64,000 nt of DNA, taken from assembly GCF_009914755.1 (NCBI RefSeq), contig NC_060927.1, one strand, 5' to 3'. Source of the stretch: the human T2T-CHM13v2.0 reference genome, Homo sapiens. Both the position numbers and the translations under genes were made by a program. Shown here one piece after another: positions 1 to 14,092 of this stretch (position 1 is the stretch's first letter; every line of letters begins with the position of its first letter). A model generated the notes under the pieces. That model did not search any database, had not been told where the DNA came from, and saw nothing but the letters and a program-made list of their open reading frames with translations.

Positions 1-273
<273 letters not shown>

Positions 274-749
274 GTATTTGTTTCTTTTTAAATTGGAGAT
301 ATGTGAGCATTTAAAGATGCTCACATGCTGATAAGGACCCTTCTTTCTCTGGTGAGAGAGAGAAGGAAGAGTTGAAGGCAAATGGCAAGGAAGTAATGAT
401 TGAGAGAGGGAGAGGTCAAATAGAAAGGAGAGAAGGAATGGAAAGTACAGGAAACATAAAAAGGACAATTGTGAATTCAACTTATTTAGCTGGAAAAATG
501 GATCTTTTTAAAATATTTAAATATTTAAAATATTTTTTAAAAATATTGAAATGGTATTATTGACATCTTTTGGATTTTCTTAAGAAAAGTCTTTCAATTT
601 AAGAAATCTTTTGCATTATATTAAAGGAAGTAGTATATTTGAGTAGAGAACATGTTTAAAGCTAAAGGACGTTTCCAAATCTGGCAAAAGCAATGATTTA
701 TCTTTAATATTGGGATATCTCAAAAAATAAAGAAATATTAATTATAGTC

Positions 750-1177
750 TGTGACAGTTAATACTGAGAGTCAATTCAATTGGACTGAAGGATACAAAGT
801 ATTGATCCTGGGTGTGTCTGTGAAGGTGTTGCCAAAAGAGATTAACATTTGTGTCAGTGGGCTGGGGAAGGCAGATCCACCCTTAAGCTGGTGGGCACAA
901 TCTAATCAGCTTCCAGCGAATATAAAGCAGGCAGAAAAACATGAAAAAGAGAGATGGACCTAGCTTCCAGCCTACATCTACCTCCCAAGCTGGATGCTTC
1001 CTGCCCTCGAATATAAGACTCCAAGTTCTTCAGTTCTGGGACTCAGACTGGCTCTCCTTACTCCTCAGCTTGCAGACAGCCTATTGTGGGAACTTGTTGG
1101 TTGTGTAAGTTAATAATAAACTTATATATATATATATTCCATTAGTTATGTCCCTCTAGAGAACCCTGACTAATACA
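750..1177 (+). mobile_element. 5' LTR, MLT2A family (MLT2A2-like), 428 bp
   Basis: Starts TGTGA, ends CTAATACA; TATA-like aatataaa near 919; GTAAGT donor 1105-1110; AATAAA 1115-1120. Confidence 0.92.
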
Positions 1178-1182
1178 GATTT

Positions 1183-1200
1183 TGGCACCAGGAGTGGGGT
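1183..1200 (+). promoter_or_regulatory. Primer-binding site complementary to tRNA-Leu(UAA) 3' end
   Basis: TGGCACCAGGAGTGGGGT, 17/18 match to recalled TGGTACCAGGAGTGGGGT, 5 nt after the LTR. Confidence 0.85.
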
Positions 1201-1222
1201 CTAGAGGAACATGACATTAAGG

Positions 1223-2960
1223 ATGGAGTTATTTTGTTGGTTTTGCGGTTTCTGGAGTTGCTACTTAATATGATTAGACCCCAAAATGGTAAGGACTCTA
1301 CTTCTAATAGTACGGAGAACACTGATCATCCTTGGTGGAAACCGTTTAGAGAGTTATGCAAAATTAATGCATTTGACGCTCCTGATTCACCACTCGTGAG
1401 AGGCAAGGGGTTTAGTGACTCTATACATAATATCTTTGACCATATGTGGAAAACCAAGGAACATAATGAAGCTGGTTGGTTGCTCTTAAATTCAGTGGAC
1501 AAAGTGATGAAAGAAAATAATGAAATCAGGGATTCTGTCTCTCCTGGTTTCAGAAGCAGATACTGAGCCTCAAATCTGCTAGAATTTCCCTGAGTGAGTC
1601 TTATCTCCTGTAGAGAAAGAGCTGCAATTGTGGAAAAACAGACACAAATTTTTATCATGCAAGTGGCTGACCTGCAATGAAAGGTGCATGCACAGCCTTG
1701 CCAGGTGTCTACTGTTAAAGTGAGAGCATTTATTGGAAAAGAATAGGACCCTGCAACTTGGAATGGGAATGTGTGTGTGTGTGTGGGAGGACCCCGATGA
1801 AGATGGGGACACTGAGTTTGTGAACTCGGATGAACCTTTTTTTTTTTTGTCAGAATGAACAGCTTCCCCATCCCCAGTAGTGGCAACATCTTCTACCTGA
1901 CCCATGCTGCCATCACCCTTTCCACCTGTGTCTGAAGAGATAAACCCTGAGCTGCCTGGGTTTATCAACAGTGATGGCCTCCCCAGAGGCAGTTGCCAGG
2001 CAAGATAATATTGATTCTCCTCTACCCCAAACACCTCTGTTTGCTTCTAGACCTACAGCAAGACTAAAGTCCCAGCAGATCCCTAGAGGTGAGGTTGAGA
2101 CTGTGACCCATGAGGAGGTGCACTACACTCAGAAAGAACTGTTTGAGTTCTCTAATTTATATAAACAGCAATCTGTAGAACAGGCATGGGAATGGATACT
2201 AAGGGTATGGGATAATGGTGGAAGGAACATGGAGTTGGGTCAGGCTGAATTTATTGATTTGGGCCCACTAAGTAGGGACTCTGCATTTAATGTTGCAGCT
2301 TGGAGAGATAAAAAAGGTTCTAACAGTTAATTTGCTTCGTTAGCTGAAATATGGATTAAAAGATGGCCCACTGTGAGCAAGCTGGAAATGCCTGATCTCC
2401 CTCGGTTTATGTAGAGGAAGGGATCCAAAGGCTTAGGGAGATTGGGATGGTGGAGTGGATTAGTAACTTTAGACTTATTCATCCCAGCTGGGAGGGTCCA
2501 GAAGATATATCCTTGACCAGTGCCTTGCAAAATAGATTTGTGAAAGCAGCACCTGCATCACTGGAGAGTCCTGTAATTGCTCTTCTCTGTATGTCAGATT
2601 TAACAGTGGGAACCTCAGTCACTCAGCTCCAAAATTTAAATACAATGGGAACAACTGGATCCCAAGGTGGAAGGGGCCAAGTGGCAGCACTCAGCCATCA
2701 AAGGCAAGGTGGGTGTAGCGACCGTAATGGACAGCAGAGGCAAAGTGGCAATCAGAATAGTCTGACTCATATAGAGCTCTGGCATTGGCTTATTAATCAC
2801 AGTGTTCCTAGAAGTGAAATTGATAGGAAGCCTACTGCATTCCTACTTAAAGTATACAAACAGAAACTTATAGATAGAATGGACAAAAGACTAATTTGAA
2901 TTATAAAAACAGAGAATCAGAGCCCCTCAATCAATTTCCAGACTTGAGCCAGTTTACAGA
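1223..2960 (+). pseudogene. gag: HERV-L gag remnant
   Basis: ORF pieces 1234-1566, 1971-2330 (WEWILRVWDNGGRN), 2447-2899 (LWHWLINHSVPRSEID); broken by stops and microsatellites. Confidence 0.85.
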
Positions 2961-2975
2961 CCCAGAACCCCTTGA

Positions 2976-3400
2976 ATGAAGGGGAAGCTGGGTCCCCTTG
3001 AGGAAGGACCCCATTACATTACCGACAATTTATACAATGAAGCTTTCTCCCACCCATCCCCAGGGAAACCTCCTGCCTTTTCCAGGGTAACTGTGCATTG
3101 GGAAAAGGGAAATGACCAGACATTCTGGGGACTACTGGACACCGGCTCTGCGCTGACATTGATTCCAGGGGACCCAAAATGTCACTCTTGTCCTCCAGTT
3201 AAAGTAGGGGTTTATGGCAGTCAGGTAATTAATGGAATTTTAGTTCAGATCTGACTTACAGTGGGTCCAGTGGGTCCCCGGACTCATCCTGTGGTCATTT
3301 CCCCAGTGCCAGAATGCATAATTGGCATAGCATGCTTAAGCAGCTGGCAGAGGCCCCACATTGGCTCCCTGACTGCTAAGGTAAGGGCTATTATGGTGGG
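2976..3400 (+). pseudogene. pro: HERV-L aspartic protease remnant
   Basis: GLLDTGS active-site motif (DTG at 3138-3146); in-frame stop at 3252-3254. Confidence 0.88.
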
Positions 3401-5950
3401 AAAGGCCAAATGAAAGCCATTAGAGCTGCCTCTCCCTAGAAAAGTAGTAAATCAAAAACAATATCTCATCCCTGGAGGGACTGCAGAGATTAGTGTTATC
3501 ATCAAGGACTTGAAAGACACAGGGGTGGTGATTCCCATCACTACCCCTTTCAGCTCTCCCATTTTCCTGTGCAGAAGACAGATGGATCTTGGAGAATGAC
3601 AGTGGATTATTATAAGCTTAACCCAGTGGTGACTTCAATTTCAGCTTCTGTATCAGATGTGGTTTAATTGCTTGAGCAAATTAATACATCTCCTGGTACT
3701 GGTATGCAGCCACTGACTTGGCAAATGCCTATTTCTCCATTCCCATCCATAAGGCCTGCCAGAAACAGTTGTCTTTCAGCTGGCAAGGCCAGGAATATAT
3801 GTTTACTGTCTTACCTCAGGGATATATCAACTCTCCAGCTTTGTGTCATAATCTTATTCGGAGAGACCTTGATTGCTTTTTGCTTCTGCAAGATGTCACA
3901 CTGGTCCATTACATTGATGACATTATGCTGATTGGATCCAGTGAGCAAGAAGTAGCAAACACACTGAACTTATTGGTTAGACATTTGCACTCCAGTGGAC
4001 GGGAAATAAATCCAACTAAATTTCAGGGTCCTTCTATCTTAGTGAAATGCCTGGAGGTCTTGTGATGTGGGGCCTGTCAAGATATTCCTTCTAAGGTGAA
4101 GAATAAATGGCTGCATTTGGCCCCTCCTACAACCAAGAAAGAGGCATGCCTAGTAAGCCTAGTTAGATTTTGGAGGCAAAACATTCTCATTTGGGTGTGT
4201 TACTCCAGTCCATTTATTGAGTGACCTGAAAGGCTGCCAGTTTTGAATGGGGTCCAGAATAAGAGAAGGCTCTACAACAGGTCTAGGGTGCTGTGCAAGC
4301 TGCTCTGCCAGTTGTGCCATATGACCCAGTAGATCCAATGGTGCTTGAGGTGTCAGTGGCAGATAGGGTTGCTTTCTGGAGCCTTTGATAGGAAGAATTA
4401 CAGTGGAGGCTTCTAGGATTTTGGAGCAATGCCCTGTAATCTTCTGCAGATAACTACTTTCCTTTTGAGAGACATCTTTTGGTCTGTTACTGGGCTTTGG
4501 TGGAAACTGAATGTTTGACTATGGGTCATCAAGTCACCATGCAACTTGAACTGCCTATCATGAACAAGTTGCTTTCTGACCCAGCTAACCATGACAGCAC
4601 CATTCCATCATCAAATGGAAGTGGTATATATGTAATCAGGCTCAAGCAGGTCCTGAAGGCACAAGTAAGTTACATGAGGAAGTGGCTCAAATGCCCATGG
4701 TCTCCACTCCTTCCACCCTGCCTTCTCTTTCCCAGCCTGCACTGATGGTTTCATTGGAAGTTCCCTATGATCAACTGACAGAGGAAGAGAATACTAGGGC
4801 CTGGTTTCACAGATGGTTCTGCACGATATGCAGGTACCACCCAAAAGTAGAAAACTGTAGCACTACAGCCCCTTTCTAAGATATCCCTGAAGGACAGTGG
4901 TGAAAGTAAATCTTCCCAGTGGGCAGAACTTTGAGAACTTCCCAGGCAGAATCTTCCCTGGTTGTGCACTTTGCATGGAAGGAGAAATGGCCAGGTGTGC
5001 AATTGTATACTGATTCATGGGGTGTAGCCAATGGTTTGGCTGGATGGTCAGGGACTTGAAAAAAGCCTGATTGGAAAATTGGTGACAAAGAAATTTGCGG
5101 AAGAGTTATGTGGATGGGCCTCTCTGAGTGGTCAAAAACTATGAAGGTATTTGTATCCCATGTGAGTGCTCCCCAACAGCTGACCTCAGCAGAGAAGGAG
5201 TTTAATCAAGTGGATAGGATAACCTGTTCTGTGGGCACCACTTAGTCTTTTCCCCCAGCCACCCCTGTCATTGCCCAGTGGGCCCATGAACAAAATGGTC
5301 ATGGTAGCAGAGATGGAGATTACACATAGGCTCAGCAACATGGACTTCCACTCACCAAGGCTGACCTGGATACAGCCACTACTGAGTGCCCAATTTGCCA
5401 GCAGCAGAGACCAAAAATGAGCCTTCGATATGGCACAATTCTTCTGGGTGATCAGCCAGCTACCTGGTGGCAGGTTGATTATATTGGACCTCTCCATCAT
5501 AGAAAGGGCAGAGCTTTGTCCTCACTGGAATAGACATTCCGGATATAGGTTTGCCTATCCTGCACACAATGCTTCTGCCAAGACTACCATCCATGGACTC
5601 ATGGAATGCCTTATCCACCATCATGGTATTCCACACAGCATTGCCTCTGACCAAGGCTCTCACTTTAGTGCTAAAGAAGTGCAGCAGTGGGCTCGTGCTC
5701 ATGGAATTCACTAGTCTTACCATCTTCCCCATCATCCTGAAGCAGTTGGATTGATAGGATGGTGGAATGGCCTTTTGAAGTCACAATTACAATGCCAACT
5801 AGGTGCAATACTTTGCAGGGCTGAGGCAAAGTTCTCCAGAAGGGCGTGCATGCTCTGAATCAGTGTCCAATATATTGTACTCTTTCTCTCCTAGCCAGGA
5901 TTCACAGGTACAGGAATCAAGGTGTGAAAGTGGAAGTGGCACCTCTTACC
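3400..5950 (+). pseudogene. pol: HERV-L pol remnant (RT, RNase H, integrase)
   Basis: LPQGYINSP and YIDD (3910-3921); RNase H-like FTDGS and YTDS; integrase WAHEQNGH...CPICQQ, WQVDYIGPL, SDQGSHF; several stops and frameshifts. Confidence 0.92.
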
Positions 5951-5989
5951 ATCACCCCTAGTGATCCACCAGCAAAATTTTTCCTTCCT

Positions 5990-6307
5990 GTTCCAACAAC
6001 ATTATGTTCTGCTGGCCTAGAGGTCTTAGTTCCAGAGGAAGGAATGCTGCCACCAGGAGACACAATAACGATCCCATTAAAGTGGAAATTAAGATTGCCA
6101 CCTGGACACTTTGGGTTCCTCCTACCTTTAAGTCAACAGGCTAAGAAGGGAGTTACACTGTTGGCTGGGGTGATTGACCCTGACTATCAAGATGAAATCA
6201 GTCTTCTACTCCACAGTGGAGGTAAGGAAGAGTATGCGTGGAATACAGGAGATCCATTAGGGTGTCTCTTCGTATTACTGTGTCCTGCGATTAAGGATAA
6301 TGGGTAA
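5990..6307 (+). pseudogene. HERV-L dUTPase-like remnant downstream of integrase
   Basis: LPPGHFG...AGVIDPDYQDEI (dUTPase motif 3-like) in ORF 5846-6307; this position is typical of ERV-L. Confidence 0.85.
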
Positions 6308-6384
6308 CTACAACAGCCCAATGCAGGAAGGACTACAAAAGACCCAGATCCTTTAGGAATGAGGGTTTGTGTCACTCCACCAGG

Positions 6385-6414
6385 AAAACAAAACAAAACA
6401 AAACAAAACAAAAC
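6385..6414 (+). repeat. (AAAAC)6 microsatellite inside HERV-L
   Basis: Direct reading. Confidence 0.9.
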
Positions 6415-6836
6415 ACTATCTGCTGAGGTGCTTGCTGAAGGCAAAGGGAATACAGAACAAATAGCAGAAGAAGGTAGTCAATAATACCAGCTATAACCAC
6501 ATGACCAGCTACAGAAACAAAGACCTTAATTATCATGAGTATTTTCTCATTCTTTTTTTAAAAACATGTTTGTGCATATATATACTGGTCCAAAAAAAAA
6601 CTTCATTTTATTTCCTTTCTTCATCATGTGATATAAAATTTATTGACTTAATATCAATATTTAAGTATTGTTAACTTTATGTAATAGTATTTGGGTTGGA
6701 GATTGGTGCGTTTCTGGTTGTATGAAGGATAGTTGTATTATGTTAGCTGTAGTTATGACCTCATTATTGTCTTTATTTGAAGATTATGTATGATCTCAGG
6801 AGATGTGTATGGGTTCCGGTTGACAAGGGGTGGGCT

Positions 6837-7091
6837 TCTGATGGTTAATACTGAGTGTCAACTTGATTGGATTGAGGCATACAAAGTATTAATCCTGAGT
6901 ATGTCTTCGTGGGTGTTGCCAAAAGAGATTAACATTTGAGTCAGTGGGATGGGGAAGGCAGATCCAACTTTAATCTGGTGGGCACAATCTAACCAGGTTC
7001 CAGTGAATATAAAGCAGGCATAAAAATGTGAAAAAGAGAGATGGGCCTAGCTTTCCAGCCTACTAAGAGAACTCTGTCCCTGACTAATACA
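6837..7091 (+). mobile_element. 3' LTR, MLT2A2-like, 255 bp with ~175-bp internal deletion
   Basis: Preceded by PPT-like aaggggtggg (6825-6834); aligns to the 5' LTR until ccagcctac (~7063), then jumps to tgactaataca. Confidence 0.92.
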
Positions 7092-7428
7092 TAGTCATAT
7101 GTCTTAGACACCTTTTCTTTCTTTTCCAATATATCTCCCTTGCAAACGTCCTTTCTCCTAACTTCGGCTCTCATTTTTGGAGGGATAACTGCCTATATTT
7201 CTATAGTTCAAGACCTTCACTTCAAATCGTTCTCAGGAGTTCTGCATTTGGAGGTTTCACCATGAAGTCCACAATCCTCTCCCCTAAATATGCTTTTTTA
7301 CATTTTCTTATATATTTAATTGAGGTGAAAGATAACATGGCATATTTTAAAATATTTTGATAGGCAAGATTTGTTTCCCGTGAATGAGAAACTGCATAAT
7401 TCAGTCTTCTACTCTTCCAGGAGGCTGA

Positions 7429-8843
<1,415 letters not shown>

Positions 8844-8929
8844 AAGAAAAATATCACATTCAATTTATTTTTTGACTATATAATGAATTAAAGAAGTAGA
8901 GACTTAACAATTATGGAGTAGCCTAAAAA

Positions 8930-9020
8930 ACAAAACAACACTATTGTAATTAAAATTCAACCAGATAAAACGCTATTGTAAAGTAGTTAAAATTCAACCA
9001 TATAATTAAAATATTCAACT
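8930..9020. repeat. Imperfect ~37-bp tandem duplication
   Basis: ctattgtaa...ttaaaattcaacca occurs twice, plus a partial third copy. Confidence 0.6.
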
Positions 9021-9078
9021 TTGGTGCTTTTGTTTGAACTTGAGCTGAAATCAAACAAATAAAAATGTCTTGGCTGCA

Positions 9079-10491
<1,413 letters not shown>

Positions 10492-10555
10492 AAATGTCTT
10501 GGCTACATCTGACACTAGATTTTCCAGCCCCAGCACCATAATAACCCCAAGTAAT

Positions 10556-10760
10556 TTTTTTTTTATTATTATACTTTAAGTTTTAGGGTACATGTGTACA
10601 ACGTGCAGGTTTGTTACATATATATACATGTGCCATGTTGGTGTGCTGCACCCATTAACTAGTCATTTGACAATAGATATATCTCCTAATGCTATCCCTT
10701 CTCCCTCCCCCCACCCCACAACAGGCCCCGGTGTGTGATGTTCCCCTTCCTGTGTGCAAG
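10556..10760 (-). mobile_element. Short L1PA4-like 3'UTR insertion
   Basis: Poly(T) then ttattatactttaagttttagggtacatg; TSD ccccaagtaat (10545-10555, 10761-10771). Confidence 0.95.
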
Positions 10761-13691
10761 CCCCAAGTAATATTTTTAAAAGTTTAAAGGGATTATGGGA
10801 TGTGACTACTAACCATTAAGACAACCTGAAAAATAGGGTAAAATTGAGTTCAATATTTTTGTTTGTGTGAAAACAGGAGGAAGTGGTAGAGGAAAACAGG
10901 AAAAAGAGAGGGAGGCAGGGACAAGCATTTCTCTAGGAATAATGAAAATTCTCGACTTTTTTTCCTGGTATTATGTACCAGAATGTTAGTTGACTATCAG
11001 CTCTCTGTATATTCTTTGAATTTTTGGAACCAAAGCCATGTGACATTTGCTCCACAGCTTCTTTGCATGTCATGTTTTTTATTTTCTTTGGACAAAAGTC
11101 CATGGTAACTTACTTGGGTCAATAAATACACAAGCTTTTAGAATCTCAGAAACTATCAAATGTAAATGGACCCGATCATTTTAGCATTAAATTAGAATAA
11201 TGTGTGTTTTCAGAAGAAGCACTATTTAAAATTTTTTACTGTAAGGTTATGTTTGGATAGATAGTTCTATGAAAAATTATTATAGTTTTGTTGTTATTGT
11301 TATTTCTCCAAGATTGTGAACACACATATGGATAATATTCATCTTGTTCTTCCAGAGCCGTGGCATCCCTTTTTAACATCCTTTCATGATCTGTAACCAC
11401 TAACATTTGTGAAATCACTTAAAAAAGACATTAACTGTAGGGGACAAAACAAATACAATTTAAAATATCTAAACAGATCCACCAAAAAAAAAAAAAATCC
11501 CATTCACACACAAAAAACTAATAATGGCCCCTTGAAAGTTATGCTCATTTGGCTATGGAAATTTTAGAAATATATTATTGCTTGGGTCTTTTTAAAAACC
11601 ATTATTTAAAAAAATGTGGCATGAGTTGTAATTCTAATTAAAAACCAGGCAAGCCCTTAGGTGGGAGACACAGTGAGCTGCCCTGAGTTTTTCCCAAGCC
11701 TAACAAAAGAGAGAAGGACTTGCCACTGCTTGTGTCTGCCAAACGTGTATTGTTAAAGGAATCAAAATAAAGAGGCAAAGAGGTCAAGGGTTAGGAGCTC
11801 ATATTTCCACCCTTCATGACCCCGTCTCGAGGCTGGGGTGCTCTTGTCATCTGTTTCTGAAGGTCTCTCAACACAAGACTTTCCTCTACTTCTTTCAGGA
11901 GACTCCTGTGTAGACTACACTGGTGATTAATGAAAAGGGCTCACAGGAGACCTTCTTAAAATGCTTTGGACAAAAGGGTCCACAGCATGAAGGCTTTAGA
12001 AGAATACCTGCAGACAGTACTGTCTTGAGAATGTAGTGGAAATAGCTATGTTTTCCACCAATTCCACCTTTTTATGACATATCAGATAACTTGATTAATG
12101 GTATGCCACTTTCTATTTCTGTTGCAAGCTGTCACCAGAATACTTACTTAAACTTTCACACTCCATGAGTTGTAGAGTAGCTGGTTAATATTTTTAATGT
12201 TGTTTTCATTATTCCAAAGTAGAATAAGGTGACCATTGGACTGAATCCTGAAATTTCATTTAGTTTACAAATAGTATAAAATTATAATTATGTTCTAGCA
12301 AATAAAATTAAGATGTATAAAATAATTTTTATCAAAATTTGACAAACTAGAGCAAAAAATATTAATATTTTCCTTGTGACATTGCAGATATCTGAATAAA
12401 AAGCATACAAAATATACTTCTATAAAATCAAGTTTGCAATCATCACATTTTCATTGGCTGCCTTGCTAGAGATTTCCCAAGAGATTATTAGACATATTAA
12501 TTAAAATCTAAAAGTGATTTAAAAATATTTTTTCCTCAACACTTATAGCTCAGTGAAATTAAACATGCTGTGGCTGTTATATTTTTCAGTGGTTTAGGAC
12601 AGTGAAATAAGACATAGGCTCTAGCTCTAAGAGCTATCAGGGGTCCAATTTCTGGAAACCCTAATGCCTAATGCCTACCCTACAACTGTACTGATTAGGA
12701 CGGTGGCTCGCCAATTCCACACTGTTTGCGCTAATGAGCCTACAGAAAACTAGGAATTATCAGTTAAAGCTGCTGTTAAGCTGCTCCCATCGCAGTATAT
12801 CAGCTACATGACTTTTCTTACTATCCTACAATTCAATATAGCATCTCTCAAAATAGTTGACTTCCAGTCAACATAGAATTTTGTGGTGGAGGAAGAAAGG
12901 AAAGGAAAAGAGGCCATATATGCCTATAACTGAGTTTAAAATGTCCCCATTCCAAAGTCATAATTTTAAATAGTGTGTTCTATCAAATACCATCCCTTTA
13001 CACTGTCTACATGGAATTTTCTAGAAATATACCTTAGCAAATACATCCTTGCCTCTCACTTTCTGTGCTTACCAGCTTTCCAAAGCAAAAGGAGTTCAGA
13101 CTTCTCTAACCACTGAAGTGCAAACCAAAACTATGAGACCGTGAGGCAGTTCTGACCAAACTGAAGAGAACAAGAAGAATAAAAAAGAAAACCTTTTTTT
13201 AAATTAAATTTACCCAAATAACTAGGAACAAAGCAGTTTCCCCCTGTTTTAGCAAAGCATTTAACTAACATCCAAAATAATTATTGCTATGTAGAATTAG
13301 TGTACATATTTTAGGGAGTACAATAACATTTTCCAGATAAAATGAATTGTAATTACAGATTAGCCTTAGTTTTACAGAGATGTAGTATGAATTTCGGGTT
13401 GCAGAAAAACTCATGCAAAGGCAAGGGTTAACACACACATATATACAAGTAAATGAAAATAAATGAAAGAAAATTTTCCAAATTGCCTAGAAGGATTCTT
13501 TAATTATTTCTGGGGATCATTACTGAAACTTAAAGTTCCAACTCACATTCTCCTTTTTCCTCTGAAATGGTTCTTTGATTGTATCCGGATAAATACATCT
13601 TCCGCCTTCTCTTCCACCTATTCCCATTATTCCTGCCTCCTTCCTCCCCACCTGCATCTCTTTCTCTCCAGTGTTCTATTGTAGAATAATT

Positions 13692-13940
13692 GAGTGTGGT
13701 ATGATGGGAAAGAACCTGGATGCTGAAGCCAAACTTCCTATATTTGGATCTGAAACTTGACTCTCTTTTATCAGCTGTTTGAACTCAGGCAAATTACTTA
13801 ACCTCTCTATGCTCCATTTCTTCATATGTAAAATGGAGAACATAATAGTATTTACACTATAGGATTGATAAAAGGGATGTTAATTCATGTAAAGCACTAA
13901 AAACAATGCATAGAACATAGTAAACACATACTATTATTAG
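13692..13940 (+). mobile_element. MIR SINE
   Basis: Core ggcaaattacttaacctctctatgctccatttcttcatatgtaaaatgg; tail atgtaaagcact. Confidence 0.85.
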
Positions 13941-13959
13941 AGTCATTTGCTTGCAAGTG

Positions 13960-14092
13960 TTTGCCATACAAGTTCCTTGAAGGCAGGGACCAGGTTTTCT
14001 TTTTCCTTAAAAAAAAAAAAAAAAAAATTCTGAATAATCTTGTTCAGTATCCAGAAATATTAGGCCTTAAGTGAATACTGAATGAAGGAATC
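13960..14092 (+). mobile_element. L2 3' end
   Basis: aagttccttgaaggcagggac ... tgaatgaaggaat. Confidence 0.6.

Larger units (their letters stand above)
750..7091 (+). mobile_element. HERV-L (ERV-L) provirus, near full length, inactivated
   Basis: Two LTRs, perfect 5-bp TSD TAGTC (745-749, 7092-7096), PBS, PPT, gag-pro-pol-dUTPase remnants with stops and frameshifts, no env. Confidence 0.96.

Noticed and set aside
505-548. AT-only palindrome (AAATATTT)2
   Set aside because: Low complexity and too short to be a PATRR
1326-2034. Long antisense ORFs (187 and 151 aa)
   Set aside because: Antisense to HERV-L gag, run through microsatellites, no domain
11300-11419. Possible minus-strand coding exon (ISQMLVVTDHERMLKRDATALEEQDEYYPY)
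   Set aside because: Weak AAG acceptor, poor donor, unrecognised peptide; a tBLASTn or junction check could revive it
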